Assembly: GCA_964354285.1 (NCBI GenBank)
Contig: CAYGYR010000004.1
Coordinates: 10,284 to 74,283 of the forward strand
Direction: 5' to 3'
DNA from: an uncultured Methanosarcinales archaeon
GTDB lineage: Archaea > Nanobdellota > Nanobdellia > Woesearchaeales > ARS49
DNA: 64,000 bases
Of the stretch, positions 17,913 to 26,963 are shown piece after piece. The number at the start of each line of letters is the position of its first letter. Within the stretch, counting starts at the first letter, position 1. The position numbers and the translations under genes are program-made. The notes beneath the pieces are model-generated. The model saw only the letters and a list, made by a program, of their open reading frames with translations. It made no database searches and was not told the origin of the DNA.

Positions 17913-19451
17913 ATGAATCCTGAAGAATGCAGTATCTTGAATGAAATTCATGCATGCCAAGAATTATCCCAGGTTAATACATGCCTGATTCAGGCAAAGA
18001 ACAAAGAAGCTCTTCGCAATATACTTCCTTATACACGTGCTGATTTCCTGAACAGTCTCCTTCCTAGCAGCAGCATCAGTACAATAAATGAATTTCTTGA
18101 ACACTTGATAACGCTTGATCCTAAACAAGCAAAAAAAATTGTTGAATCTATGCACACTGGCGCCTTGAAACAGCTCATTGACCAGGAACAGGATGCCTGG
18201 CAGATATCCAATTTGTTTTATACCCTTGTGCATAGGCTCTACGCACTTTCTTTTTTTAAAAAAATGGCAGATTTTGAAATCCTGCGCAAAAAGAAGTGGT
18301 CTATGCATCAATTCTCCCAGCTTTATGGATACCTCTACTGTGTCAAGAAAATTGATAACACTTTCAAGGTCACGCTTGACTTTGAGATGCTTGCCAATGC
18401 TCTTAAAGATGTGGATGTGAATCAGCTCGTAGTTGACATTGATGCTGTCTTCACGCATTCAAAAGAGTTTCTTGAGAACCTGTTCGGGGTGCTTGAGACA
18501 GAGCGAATACTTTCAGACCCTCAGCTTACACTAAAAAGCATGGAAAAATTCCTTGACATGATATACGAAACAGACCGCGAACTGTTCAGCAGAGTTGTCA
18601 AAGAAAATATCCGCATTATCAAGGCAAAATTGCGTGAATGCCTTGTCTTGCAGACAGAGGATGCAGGTAAGCTGGTTGATTTCATGTACAAGGCTGCCCC
18701 TAAATATGCAGAGGAGCTTATCGAAAAAGATGCCCTGAAAAGCCTGCTTGATTCAGAACTGCCAGATATTCACGATGCATCTGACCTTGTAATGGTGCTT
18801 CTTAAAAGAAATCCTTCACTTGGAAAAGAGCTTGTCCCATGCATCCTGCGAAGCAGAGCATTCCTTCATTTTTTTAATTATGATGAATACTTCGAAATCA
18901 CAGATGCCAGGCAAAGACTAAAGCTCCTGCACTTCACACTTGAAACATTGTTCAAGAAAAACAAAGAAGGAAAATTCTTCTACTTTTTTTCCTATTTTGC
19001 AAGATCAGAGCTTCTTAAAATTGCATCTGAAGGGTGCAGTAGCATAAGGATTGTTTTTCCTGAATTCCTGGACATACAGCTTGAAGAGAGCTTTGACAAT
19101 ACCTTTTCAATTACCGACGAGGCAGAGGAATTTAACCTGCGCGAAATGGGCGGAAGCAGCCTTGAGACAAAAGAAGAAATCCTTCTTGACGTACACATGG
19201 AGAGCGAGAAAGATGATGGGACAAAGATCTTTTTTGAAATGCTTAATGAAGAATCAGACAAAATTGATGAAAAATTCAAGAAACGCCATGCAGAATGCCT
19301 GTTAAAGCCAAACAATGCTGAAAAGCTGATAATACTTGCTGACCTTTTTTCAGCAATGTACGCCAGAAAGCATTACTATGCAGATGTTCCTTACCAGGAA
19401 TTGATCAATGAATTGGGCGTGCTGGCTGAAAAGATAGAGATTGATTTATGA
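17913..19451 (+). CDS. large alpha-helical hypothetical protein
   Basis: ATG at 17913 is 30 nt from TTTATAAA (17883-17890); 512 aa, helical-repeat-like composition. Confidence 0.55.
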   Translation: MNPEECSILNEIHACQELSQVNTCLIQAKNKEALRNILPYTRADFLNSLLPSSSISTINEFLEHLITLDPKQAKKIVESMHTGALKQLIDQEQDAWQISNLFYTLVHRLYALSFFKKMADFEILRKKKWSMHQFSQLYGYLYCVKKIDNTFKVTLDFEMLANALKDVDVNQLVVDIDAVFTHSKEFLENLFGVLETERILSDPQLTLKSMEKFLDMIYETDRELFSRVVKENIRIIKAKLRECLVLQTEDAGKLVDFMYKAAPKYAEELIEKDALKSLLDSELPDIHDASDLVMVLLKRNPSLGKELVPCILRSRAFLHFFNYDEYFEITDARQRLKLLHFTLETLFKKNKEGKFFYFFSYFARSELLKIASEGCSSIRIVFPEFLDIQLEESFDNTFSITDEAEEFNLREMGGSSLETKEEILLDVHMESEKDDGTKIFFEMLNEESDKIDEKFKKRHAECLLKPNNAEKLIILADLFSAMYARKHYYADVPYQELINELGVLAEKIEIDL

Positions 19452-19469
19452 TTTTTTAAAAAGAAAAAG

Positions 19470-19491
19470 CCCTGCCCAAACTCAGGCAGGG
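19470..19491 (-). terminator. hairpin plus T-run terminator between convergent genes
   Basis: CCCTGCC-N8-GGCAGGG 7-bp stem; on the minus strand followed by TTTTTCTTTTTAAAAAA. Confidence 0.45.
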
Positions 19492-19498
19492 GTTCTGC

Positions 19499-19699
19499 TT
19501 ACTTACCGCTGCAGCCGCAGCCAGTAATGCCGCAACTGCCGCCGCACTGGCCTGCGCATCCGCAAGCAGTGCATGCTGGCTTTGCTGCATCAGGCGTGCT
19601 TGCTTCTTGCACGTTGCCAGGCGAGAGCTGTGCTGTCACAAATATCGCCCCGAACAGAAGCAGAGCGATAAGCACTCCAAACAAAACTGTTTTTTCCAT
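19499..19699 (-). CDS. secreted or membrane-anchored Cys/Gly-rich small peptide
   Basis: 66 aa: N-terminal hydrophobic helix, then ACTACGCAGQCGGSCGITGCGCSGK (9 Cys in the last 25 residues); local GC spike. Confidence 0.55.
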   Translation of the reverse strand: MEKTVLFGVLIALLLFGAIFVTAQLSPGNVQEASTPDAAKPACTACGCAGQCGGSCGITGCGCSGK

Positions 19700-19814
19700 T
19701 TTTGTTAAACCTCCATTGTTTTTGAAGTAGAAAGAGGGTGTTTGATATATTTTTAAGCCGTGAAACCGAGTGCACTAAAATGGCTAAAACTCAAGAATTC
19801 GCGGTTGTCAGCGT

Positions 19815-20330
19815 TTATAACCTGATTTTAAGGAAAACCTGCTTTGTCTTGCCTTTTTCCTTTCTTGCAACAAGGCCTTTTTTCTCTAAGCTGTCAAGGA
19901 CAATGCTCAGCTTTGATTTGTGCATGTCTGTTCTCAGCCGTAGCGTGTGCTGTGTTATCCCATCCTGCTCCTTGACTGCCTTGATGACTTTTTGCTCATC
20001 TGCTGTAAGCCCTTTAAGAAGCATGCTGAACCTCTCCTCCTCTGTCTGTATCTGCTTCTGTTTTTCTAAAGTAGAGATTATTGCTTTCTGCGACCTCTCA
20101 AAGAAAATCAAGTAAACTCCAAGAGCAAATATCACGCTTGCCAGAATGATTCCCAAGTAAGTCAGCCAGGGTGTTTTTTGCTCGTGCGGGCAGACACCAC
20201 CTTCTTTCATCTCTTCACAAGAGCAGCTTGTCTCTGCCTGTTTGCTTAACTGATTATTGAATGCAAATACGAGCATGCCAAGCAGTATGCAAGCGATAAC
20301 CATGATTATTCCAAGCTTTTTATTATCCAT
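19815..20330 (-). CDS. membrane-anchored winged-helix (MarR/TrmB-like) regulator with extracytoplasmic Cys/His loop
   Basis: Two TM helices flanking CSCEEMKEGGVCPH; C-terminal ADEQKVIKAVKEQDGITQHTLRLRTDMHKSKLSIVLDSLEKKGLV wHTH. Confidence 0.65.
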   Translation of the reverse strand: MDNKKLGIIMVIACILLGMLVFAFNNQLSKQAETSCSCEEMKEGGVCPHEQKTPWLTYLGIILASVIFALGVYLIFFERSQKAIISTLEKQKQIQTEEERFSMLLKGLTADEQKVIKAVKEQDGITQHTLRLRTDMHKSKLSIVLDSLEKKGLVARKEKGKTKQVFLKIRL

Positions 20331-20331
20331 T

Positions 20332-20970
20332 TTACTTCAGCACCTCTCCTGTTTTCATGCACCACATGTAAAGGTCAAGCTCTGCAGGCGGCATATTTAC
20401 TTCTTGTGCAAGATTAATAAATTTCTTTTCAATTGCAAAATAGTTCTTCTTTGAAAGGCTCTTTGGCTTTTCTTTAAGCAGTTTGTCTTCAATCATCAAA
20501 TTTAATATGTGTCTGTCAAGTATTGCAAGATTTTTGAAGCCAACATTTCTCAAGAAATGAGATGCTTCTTTGTAGCCAAGGCCTTTTACATTATTTACAA
20601 GCCACTCTCTTGCTCCCTGTTCTCCTGACTCTTTGATTAGTTGCTGAATTTTGTTTTTGATATCAATGCAGTGCCTTGCTTCAACAATATATTTTGATTT
20701 GTTGTTGTGAAACCTGTGCTTATTCTTTCTAATAGTATCTCTTATCTCTCTCTGGCAGAGTGTGCAGAATCCTTTTGAGCCAAGCTCTTTTTGGATAGCA
20801 AGCGCAGTAACTGCTTTTGAATTGGCAGTAAGGATGCAGAAGCACAGCTCAGAAAACCAATCTTTTGTGCCTTTGCTCTTGAAGGACTCAAATTCTTTTA
20901 GTCTTCTCTTTACAGTTTCTTTTACTGATGAATTTTTCAGAGCTTTGATTTCTTTTACAAGATTTTTCAT
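20332..20970 (-). CDS. ogg: archaeal-type 8-oxoguanine DNA glycosylase/lyase (Ogg2-like, HhH-GPD)
   Basis: ELCFCILTANS, VKGLGYKEASHFLRNVG helix-hairpin-helix with catalytic-type Lys, ILDRH Asp motif; about 210 aa. Confidence 0.8.
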   Translation of the reverse strand: MKNLVKEIKALKNSSVKETVKRRLKEFESFKSKGTKDWFSELCFCILTANSKAVTALAIQKELGSKGFCTLCQREIRDTIRKNKHRFHNNKSKYIVEARHCIDIKNKIQQLIKESGEQGAREWLVNNVKGLGYKEASHFLRNVGFKNLAILDRHILNLMIEDKLLKEKPKSLSKKNYFAIEKKFINLAQEVNMPPAELDLYMWCMKTGEVLK

Positions 20971-21020
20971 ACTTATTCTTATTGTATGAATAATCCTTTT
21001 TATAGTTTCTGTTTTACAAG

Positions 21021-21120
21021 CTGTGGTCCTGCGGGACAGTGTGTGCTTGCCACGAAGTGGCTCGCAGTTGTATATTCTGAACTGTTATTCAGGCTATGCA
21101 AATGTCACTGTGCCCCTGGC
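21021..21120 (+). ncRNA. GC-rich intergenic element, copy 1 (candidate structured sRNA)
   Basis: Nucleotide-level homolog of 38950-39045; hairpin GCCAC-GAA-GTGGC (21049-21061), ACAGTG/CACTGT long-range pair (21036-41 / 21106-11); strand not established. Confidence 0.3.
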
Positions 21121-21142
21121 ACCCCTGCAAGATGGCTAATAA

Positions 21143-21430
21143 CTATTTGCTGTTAACTGCTTCATCCAGCGCCTTGATGTCTCCCTTGACTGCGCCCACA
21201 GGATCTTTTGCCAGGCCTTTTGCAGCTTCATAATCTCCTTTCATGCGCTCGCAGAACCAGGCACTGTTATCTTTGGCTATCCCTGATGCATCATGTTGCA
21301 CGCGCCTGTATATCCCTTTTGGGTTTTCTTTTACAACACTGTATGCATACAAGGCTCCTGCTGCAGCAGCTGCTGTGAACAAAACACCGCAGGCAATCTG
21401 CTTAACTAATTTATATTTTTCTTCTTCCAT
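21143..21430 (-). CDS. hypothetical protein with one TM helix
   Basis: 95-aa ORF, Ala-rich hydrophobic segment. Confidence 0.45.
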   Translation of the reverse strand: MEEEKYKLVKQIACGVLFTAAAAAGALYAYSVVKENPKGIYRRVQHDASGIAKDNSAWFCERMKGDYEAAKGLAKDPVGAVKGDIKALDEAVNSK

Positions 21431-21544
21431 TTTATATCACCAAGAAAAAATTAGAGAACTGAAGATATAAACTTAAGTTGTAACAGGGCAAACAACCCAA
21501 AAAGTTTCCGGAAAGAAATAGAAAAAAATAAAAAAATTAAAAAT

Positions 21545-21838
21545 TTAGTTGTGCTTGTGCAGTACGCAGTGCCATATCACTGAGAACAGCCAGCCAGCCA
21601 CATACCCAAAAATAAATGTCATCACAACAAGGAAAACCGCGTTTCCTATGCTGAAAGGCATTATTGCAAGCGGCATGCTTATGAAGTGCAGTCCCATTAT
21701 CCAGTCAAGGAATTTTGCTGCAACTCCTATTTTTACCATGATGACCCATATCAGGTGCACTATTGCGAAAAAGCTACCTAGCGCAAGACCAATCTTGTTA
21801 GGCCACATTTTGTATTTTTCCGAATCATTTTTAGCCAT
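21545..21838 (-). CDS. small integral membrane protein
   Basis: 97 aa, three hydrophobic helices. Confidence 0.5.
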   Translation of the reverse strand: MAKNDSEKYKMWPNKIGLALGSFFAIVHLIWVIMVKIGVAAKFLDWIMGLHFISMPLAIMPFSIGNAVFLVVMTFIFGYVAGWLFSVIWHCVLHKHN

Positions 21839-21862
21839 TTTAATTGCCTCCTTTTTTTATGT

Positions 21863-22063
21863 TTATTTTTTGTTTTTTGCCAGCCAATTATGTGTCAGCC
21901 AGAATATTGCTGAAAATATAAACGCAGCCACTGCAAAATAGACTAATCCTATTATCATGCCCATTCCTGAGCCGCCTCTATCATAGCCCATCAAGCCTGT
22001 GGTCTGTGCAAAAGCAACAGAGCTTAACAGAACCAATCCAATCAAATAAACTACGCTTTTCAT
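21863..22063 (-). CDS. small membrane protein
   Basis: 66 aa, signal-like N-terminus plus a second TM; ends KNKK. Confidence 0.45.
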   Translation of the reverse strand: MKSVVYLIGLVLLSSVAFAQTTGLMGYDRGGSGMGMIIGLVYFAVAAFIFSAIFWLTHNWLAKNKK

Positions 22064-22084
22064 TTTACACCTCTTTTTTATCTT

Positions 22085-22459
22085 TTAAGCTTTCCATAAT
22101 CCATGAACATTACAGTATTCCCTGACTGTCATCTTTTTAGGATGTATCTCAAATTCTGCCTCTGGAGCAATGCCTGGCTTCATGAACTTTCTGTAAGCTA
22201 TTCCATCTGCAAGAATCTCTATCCATTCTATATAGTGTGCTGGCTCCATTGGGTGAGGCATAGACCCAACTTTCACCTTTATCCCTTTGGCTGTCTGCTC
22301 AATCACAGGAACATGCTTTTCCATGCCAACATCTTTAGTTTTCTCTGCCAGAAGCTCCATGGGCTGACCGCAGCAGACAAGCTGCCCTTTGCCTGCATGA
22401 AGCACTTCAACTATGTTGCCGCAGATATTGCATTTATATACCTGGCTTAACTCTGTCAT
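22085..22459 (-). CDS. dfx: desulfoferrodoxin (2Fe superoxide reductase)
   Basis: N-terminal desulforedoxin CNICGN...VCCG, then [26 protein letters not shown] = SOR centre II ligands. Confidence 0.92.
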   Translation of the reverse strand: MTELSQVYKCNICGNIVEVLHAGKGQLVCCGQPMELLAEKTKDVGMEKHVPVIEQTAKGIKVKVGSMPHPMEPAHYIEWIEILADGIAYRKFMKPGIAPEAEFEIHPKKMTVREYCNVHGLWKA

Positions 22460-22492
22460 ATACTGGGATTTAGCTATTCCCTTATATAAATT

Positions 22493-23044
22493 TTACTGAG
22501 ATAATTCTCCTTTATCCAAGAATTCTTTCATCTTCTCAAAGGCAAGATTTCTCATTGAAATCTTGTCTTTTATGTGCGGTGGAAGCTCTGCATATGTCTT
22601 TTCATAGCCATCTGGCATGAATATAGGGTCCCAGCCGAAATTAGTCTCTCCCCTTGGCTTCTTAACAATCCTGCCCTTTACTTCGCCTGTAAAGACCTGA
22701 TGTGTTTTTCCATCATAAATGCCAATGCAGGTCCTTACAACAGCGGTCCTGTCATAATCACCAAGGATTTTGCATATCCCCTCATTTCCCAGGCATTTCA
22801 GAAGCCATTTAATCAAAGCTCCAGGAAAGCCGTTCCATGCCTTGATATATAATCCAGTGTCTTCGACAAAAACAGGCTTTTTGACAGCATCAAATGCCTT
22901 GTGCGCCTTGTTTTTGACAACCTCTTCAACATGGATTGTCTGGATTTCCTCAATATCCAAGCTTATATGTTTAAGCTTTACTTTTAGGATGCGCTCTGCT
23001 TCCCTTACCTTGTTTGTATTAGATGTAACGAAATAAAGCTCCAT
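22493..23044 (-). CDS. non-canonical purine NTP pyrophosphatase (HAM1/RdgB/ITPase)
   Basis: MELYFVTSNTNKVREAE start, FVEDTGL, FPGALIKW, FGWDPIF motifs; start moved to 23044. Confidence 0.88.
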   Translation of the reverse strand: MELYFVTSNTNKVREAERILKVKLKHISLDIEEIQTIHVEEVVKNKAHKAFDAVKKPVFVEDTGLYIKAWNGFPGALIKWLLKCLGNEGICKILGDYDRTAVVRTCIGIYDGKTHQVFTGEVKGRIVKKPRGETNFGWDPIFMPDGYEKTYAELPPHIKDKISMRNLAFEKMKEFLDKGELSQ

Positions 23045-23070
23045 AAGCAGAAATAAAGGGCAGGGGTTTA

Positions 23071-23643
23071 TTAAATTTTGTCTATTACATCCTTCCAAGA
23101 CTTGACTTTTGTGATTAACGGATGCTCTTCCATTGACCTGTTCCAAGGAGCATCAAGCAAATAAGCCTGTATGCCAGCATCTGCACACTCTTTTGCGTAG
23201 ATAGGGGAGTCCTCAATGATTACGCAGATTCCATTCTCTTTACATACTTCTGGCTTTGTTTTCCTGTTTCCATTTTGTGCATAAAACTTTGAAAAAAGAA
23301 TATCCTTGAACTTGCCTTTAAAATAATGGTCTATCCAGCATTTTGTCTCTTCAACAACAGTCCCAAACCTGGAGGTTATCACGAAAAGCTCATGCCTTTT
23401 TGCAAGCGCATCAACACACTCAACAGCATGCTCAACAGGCCTGATTTCCCTGAAATGCCTTGAATCATAAAACTCACCAATCCGCCTGTTTGATTCTTCT
23501 TTTTCGCAACCAAAAGTTGCCCAGAGATCATAACTTCTGAAATCTTCTTTTGTTAAAGAAGTGCCATACTTTTCATTGTGGAACAGGCATAATGCAGAAT
23601 TCATATCTGCAAGAACATCATCAACATCTATTCCCACAAGCAT
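23071..23643 (-). CDS. HAD-superfamily 5'(3')-deoxyribonucleotidase-like protein
   Basis: MLVGIDVDDVLAD (DxDxV nucleophile motif), VITSR, IIEDSP; start moved to 23643. Confidence 0.7.
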   Translation of the reverse strand: MLVGIDVDDVLADMNSALCLFHNEKYGTSLTKEDFRSYDLWATFGCEKEESNRRIGEFYDSRHFREIRPVEHAVECVDALAKRHELFVITSRFGTVVEETKCWIDHYFKGKFKDILFSKFYAQNGNRKTKPEVCKENGICVIIEDSPIYAKECADAGIQAYLLDAPWNRSMEEHPLITKVKSWKDVIDKI

Positions 23644-23699
23644 ATACGCAAAGAATAGGTGCCTGCTTAAAAAGATTTCCTCAAAGAAAACTGAGCATG

Positions 23700-23891
23700 T
23701 TAATTGACTGTAAAATAATAAAGCACGCACAATGCTGTGCCTGCAGCCAATGCAGCAGCTATCCCTGCATAAAGAACTTTCTCATGATATGCATGCATTG
23801 ATGCATTTATAATGAGCATCCTTTCTGATTTTGCCTTGTGATATGCCTCAGTAAGCGCAGGCAGTTTTGCTTCAAGATTTTCTTCTTTCAT
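23700..23891 (-). CDS. small tail-anchored protein (hypothetical)
   Basis: 63 aa with a C-terminal Ala-rich TM. Confidence 0.4.
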   Translation of the reverse strand: MKEENLEAKLPALTEAYHKAKSERMLIINASMHAYHEKVLYAGIAAALAAGTALCVLYYFTVN

Positions 23892-24103
23892 CTGGCATAA
23901 TACCTCTGGGAGCTGAAATAGCCATTAAACTGCCGCATTGCCTCACCAAAAGGATTGCTGCACAAAAACTCATATGCAAGGTAAGTCCCTAGAATTGTTG
24001 CGGCCCCAATAACCAGCACTCCAACAATCTTCATCACAAGAAAATCCCTATCTGTAAGCCGTGCTTTTTGGTCCAGTACCCTGCTTTCAAGGCTCTCAAC
24101 CAT
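23888..24103 (-). CDS. small membrane protein (hypothetical)
   Basis: 71 aa from MVESLESR; one TM; 4-nt overlap with the downstream gene. Confidence 0.4.
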   Translation of the reverse strand: MVESLESRVLDQKARLTDRDFLVMKIVGVLVIGAATILGTYLAYEFLCSNPFGEAMRQFNGYFSSQRYYAR

Positions 24104-24188
24104 GATATATTTACTGTTTTTAAAGTTTAAAAAGGTAGTGACATATTTTAAGGAAAGCTTTAAATATTTTTGAAAATTATTTAGTTTT

Positions 24189-24602
24189 ATGAAAATCGTA
24201 AGTGCATGCCTTGCAGGCATGAAATGCAGATATGACGGAAAAGCAAATTACAGCCAGCAGGTCATTGAGCTTATCATGAAAGGGGAAGCAATCCCCGTCT
24301 GCCCTGAGCAGCTTGGCGGCTTGACAACACCAAGGCCTCCTGTAGAGCAGAGGGATGGAAGGTGTTACACTGATGCTGGCAAGGATGTCACAGATGCTTT
24401 CGAAAGAGGAGCAGAGGAAGCTGTTCATATCGCAAAACTGGCAAACTGCACCGAGGCAATACTAAAGGCAAACTCCCCTTCCTGCGGCTGCGGCAAGATT
24501 TATGACGGAACTTTTTCCAAGACTCTTGTGCAGGGAGACGGTGTTTTTGCAGCACTCCTGAAAAGAGAAGGAATAATTGTTAAGACAGAGAAAGACGTTT
24601 GA
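24189..24602 (+). CDS. DUF523 family protein (2-thiouracil desulfurase-like)
   Basis: MKIVSACLAGMKCRYDG, VCPEQLGGLTTPRPP, NSPSCGCG are the family hallmarks. Confidence 0.75.
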   Translation: MKIVSACLAGMKCRYDGKANYSQQVIELIMKGEAIPVCPEQLGGLTTPRPPVEQRDGRCYTDAGKDVTDAFERGAEEAVHIAKLANCTEAILKANSPSCGCGKIYDGTFSKTLVQGDGVFAALLKREGIIVKTEKDV

Positions 24603-24618
24603 TTGTTGGAGAGATTAT

Positions 24619-25071
24619 TTAATTGTCAAGAACTTTTTTTAATTTTCTAAAAGCATCCTTATTATTATCCCATTTCAGCAGCTTTATCGCTTCTTCAAAA
24701 GAAACCCATCTGTATTCTTCATGTTCAGCACAGTTATTCTTAGCTATGTCAACTTCTGCGTCACTTTTCGCTTCAAAGCCCAAAACAAACTCCTCAACAG
24801 GCTCCATTGGCTCATTTGTAAGATAATGCTTGCTCATAACAAAATAATGGACATTCTCTATGACTCGCAGTATTTTGCCTTTTGAAATTCCAGTTTCCTC
24901 AAAAACTTCCCTATATGCAGCATCCAGTTTTGTCTTATCAGTATCTTCCATGCCCCCGCAGGGAGGCTGCCAGAATCCGCCTTTCGCAGGAATCCTTTTC
25001 AGCAGAAGATACTCATACTTATTTTTATTTTTCCTGAAAACAATGCATTCAAGCTGAATTCTTTTTCTCAT
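24619..25071 (-). CDS. NUDIX hydrolase
   Basis: Nudix box GGMEDTDKTKLDAAYREVFEETGI. Confidence 0.85.
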   Translation of the reverse strand: MRKRIQLECIVFRKNKNKYEYLLLKRIPAKGGFWQPPCGGMEDTDKTKLDAAYREVFEETGISKGKILRVIENVHYFVMSKHYLTNEPMEPVEEFVLGFEAKSDAEVDIAKNNCAEHEEYRWVSFEEAIKLLKWDNNKDAFRKLKKVLDN

Positions 25072-25169
25072 CTGAACCGTTGAAATCGCCTAAACTTATA
25101 AAATTACTCCTTTTTAAACAATATAAAAATCGAAAGATAAATAAATACTTCTGTAAAGTATATATTAAA

Positions 25170-25961
25170 ATGAGCAATGCATTCAAAATAGCGGCAGTTC
25201 AATTGAAGTTCAGCAAAAACCCTGCAGTGCTGTTGAAATCAGTCAAGAAATTCATTATCCAGGCAAAAAAGAAAGATGTTAAAATAGTCTGCTTTCCAGA
25301 AGATACCTTCTATTCAGGCGCGAAAAAGAATAAAGCGCTTGTTGCGCAAGTCCAAAAAATTTGCAAAGAGCAGAGGATGTGGGTTGTTCTCGCAGCGCAC
25401 CTGCCTGAAAAAGGAAAGACCTACAACACAGCAGTGCTGATAAACGACAAAGGGGAGATACATGGCGCGCACAAGAAAGTCCATATCTATGATGATCCTC
25501 ATATCAAAGCAGGCTCAAAATTCAATGTGTACAAGACTCCGTTCTGCAAGATAGGAATCGCAATATGCTGGGACATATCCTGCCCAGGATCAATCAGGGC
25601 AATGGTGAAAAAAGGAGCAATGATTGTATTCTGCCCAATGGACTGGGGATATGAGGAATGGGCATACCACAAAGGCCTAAAGAAAAAAGAGTCTGAGAAA
25701 AAAATACTAAAATCACTGATACTGACAAGGGCATTTGAAAACCAGATATATTTTGTGTTCTGCAACCAATATGACCCCAAATTAAAAGACCAAATACCTT
25801 ATTCATTAATAGCAGAGCCGCACAAGGTAGTCAAGGAGATTTACGGCAAGGAAGGAATGATAATCGCAGACATAGACCTGGACCACATAGAGGATGTAAG
25901 GAAAAAATACGTAAAAGAGTGCGGGTGGCCGCTTCTTAAGAAATCAGCTCTTTTTGCATAA
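25170..25961 (+). CDS. carbon-nitrogen hydrolase (nitrilase superfamily)
   Basis: E-K-C triad contexts CFPEDTF, HKKVHIY, GIAICWD; start at MSNAFKIAAVQ (25170). Confidence 0.85.
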   Translation: MSNAFKIAAVQLKFSKNPAVLLKSVKKFIIQAKKKDVKIVCFPEDTFYSGAKKNKALVAQVQKICKEQRMWVVLAAHLPEKGKTYNTAVLINDKGEIHGAHKKVHIYDDPHIKAGSKFNVYKTPFCKIGIAICWDISCPGSIRAMVKKGAMIVFCPMDWGYEEWAYHKGLKKKESEKKILKSLILTRAFENQIYFVFCNQYDPKLKDQIPYSLIAEPHKVVKEIYGKEGMIIADIDLDHIEDVRKKYVKECGWPLLKKSALFA

Positions 25962-26828
25962 TTTAAATAGATAATCAGCCAGCAGAGTAACTAATCTTTT
26001 CTCATCAGCATAAATAAAGTCAAGCGCAGGACAGCTGTTTGCCTCGATGATAAACCAGTTCTTGTCGCGTTGCAGCAAGTCAAGCCCGCAGACATCCATG
26101 CCAAAAATTTTCGTGGCTTTCTCGCAAAGCTTCTTCAGCTTGGGGTCTATCTTAATTGTCCTAAAATGCTCCACAGGATTATTGCCGCTCTGCTTCCACG
26201 ACTTTCCAATCTTCTCAACAAACTGCACAAGCTTGCAGCCAATCAAGGTAGCCCTGTAGCTCCTGTTGTTGTTTGGTATGAACTCCTGAGCAATAATAGG
26301 GGATGCAGGATTCTTCTTTATTATCGTGTGCAGCTTTTTCAGGAATGAATGATAATCCTTTGCCTTATAGACGCATTCGCAGTTGTCTGAAAAAATAGCT
26401 TTCACAATCAGCGGGCGCTCTGTAAGGATATGCTTTATCTCCCTCGAGTCATACTGCCGCTCTTTCGGGATGAAATAAGTCTTTGGCGTAGGAAGATTAT
26501 GGTTAAGGCAGGTCAGGTAAAAAAGCCAGCGGTCATCCTCATAAAAAAAAGAGTGCGAGGAATTAACAACCTTTTTCCCAAGCTCTTCCAGTGTTTTAGA
26601 CAGCTCAATTGACTCAAACTCAATAGGGCCGAAAACCGCATTGTTCAGGATAACCTGGCAGTCTTTTGTCCTCTCTTTCAGAATCTCAAGCTCTATCTGG
26701 TCCTCAACAGGAAGAAGAACCACATTAAGGTCTATATTTTTTAATGCCTTCATTATTCGGTCATTAGTCTTATCATAATACGTCTTGTAGTATACATAGC
26801 CAATAGAATACTGCCTCTTTTTTGCCAT
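25944..26828 (-). CDS. RimK-like ATP-grasp ligase
   Basis: PLIVKAIF, IAQEFIP, GLDLLQRDKNWFIIEANSCPAL ATP-grasp signatures; start moved to 26828 (MAKKRQYS). Confidence 0.75.
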   Translation of the reverse strand: MAKKRQYSIGYVYYKTYYDKTNDRIMKALKNIDLNVVLLPVEDQIELEILKERTKDCQVILNNAVFGPIEFESIELSKTLEELGKKVVNSSHSFFYEDDRWLFYLTCLNHNLPTPKTYFIPKERQYDSREIKHILTERPLIVKAIFSDNCECVYKAKDYHSFLKKLHTIIKKNPASPIIAQEFIPNNNRSYRATLIGCKLVQFVEKIGKSWKQSGNNPVEHFRTIKIDPKLKKLCEKATKIFGMDVCGLDLLQRDKNWFIIEANSCPALDFIYADEKRLVTLLADYLFKLCKKS

Positions 26829-26963
26829 ACCTTCTAAAGCACTACTGCAATATTTATATTTTTCTATTTCTTTCTTCTTCAAATGGTTCCAGCGCCCAAA
26901 AAAGGAATCCTTTATAAAGGGCTCCCTGTTATTTACTACAAAATTTGATGAGGTATTGAGAAA

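Noticed and set aside
20986-21156. 56-aa Cys-rich ORF spanning GC-rich element copy 1
   Set aside because: Its paralogous copy (38950-39045) conserves nucleotides but not the reading frame and contains an in-frame stop. The ORF also overlaps the 3' end of 21143-21430. I did not call it as a CDS, but flagged it as the alternative hypothesis.
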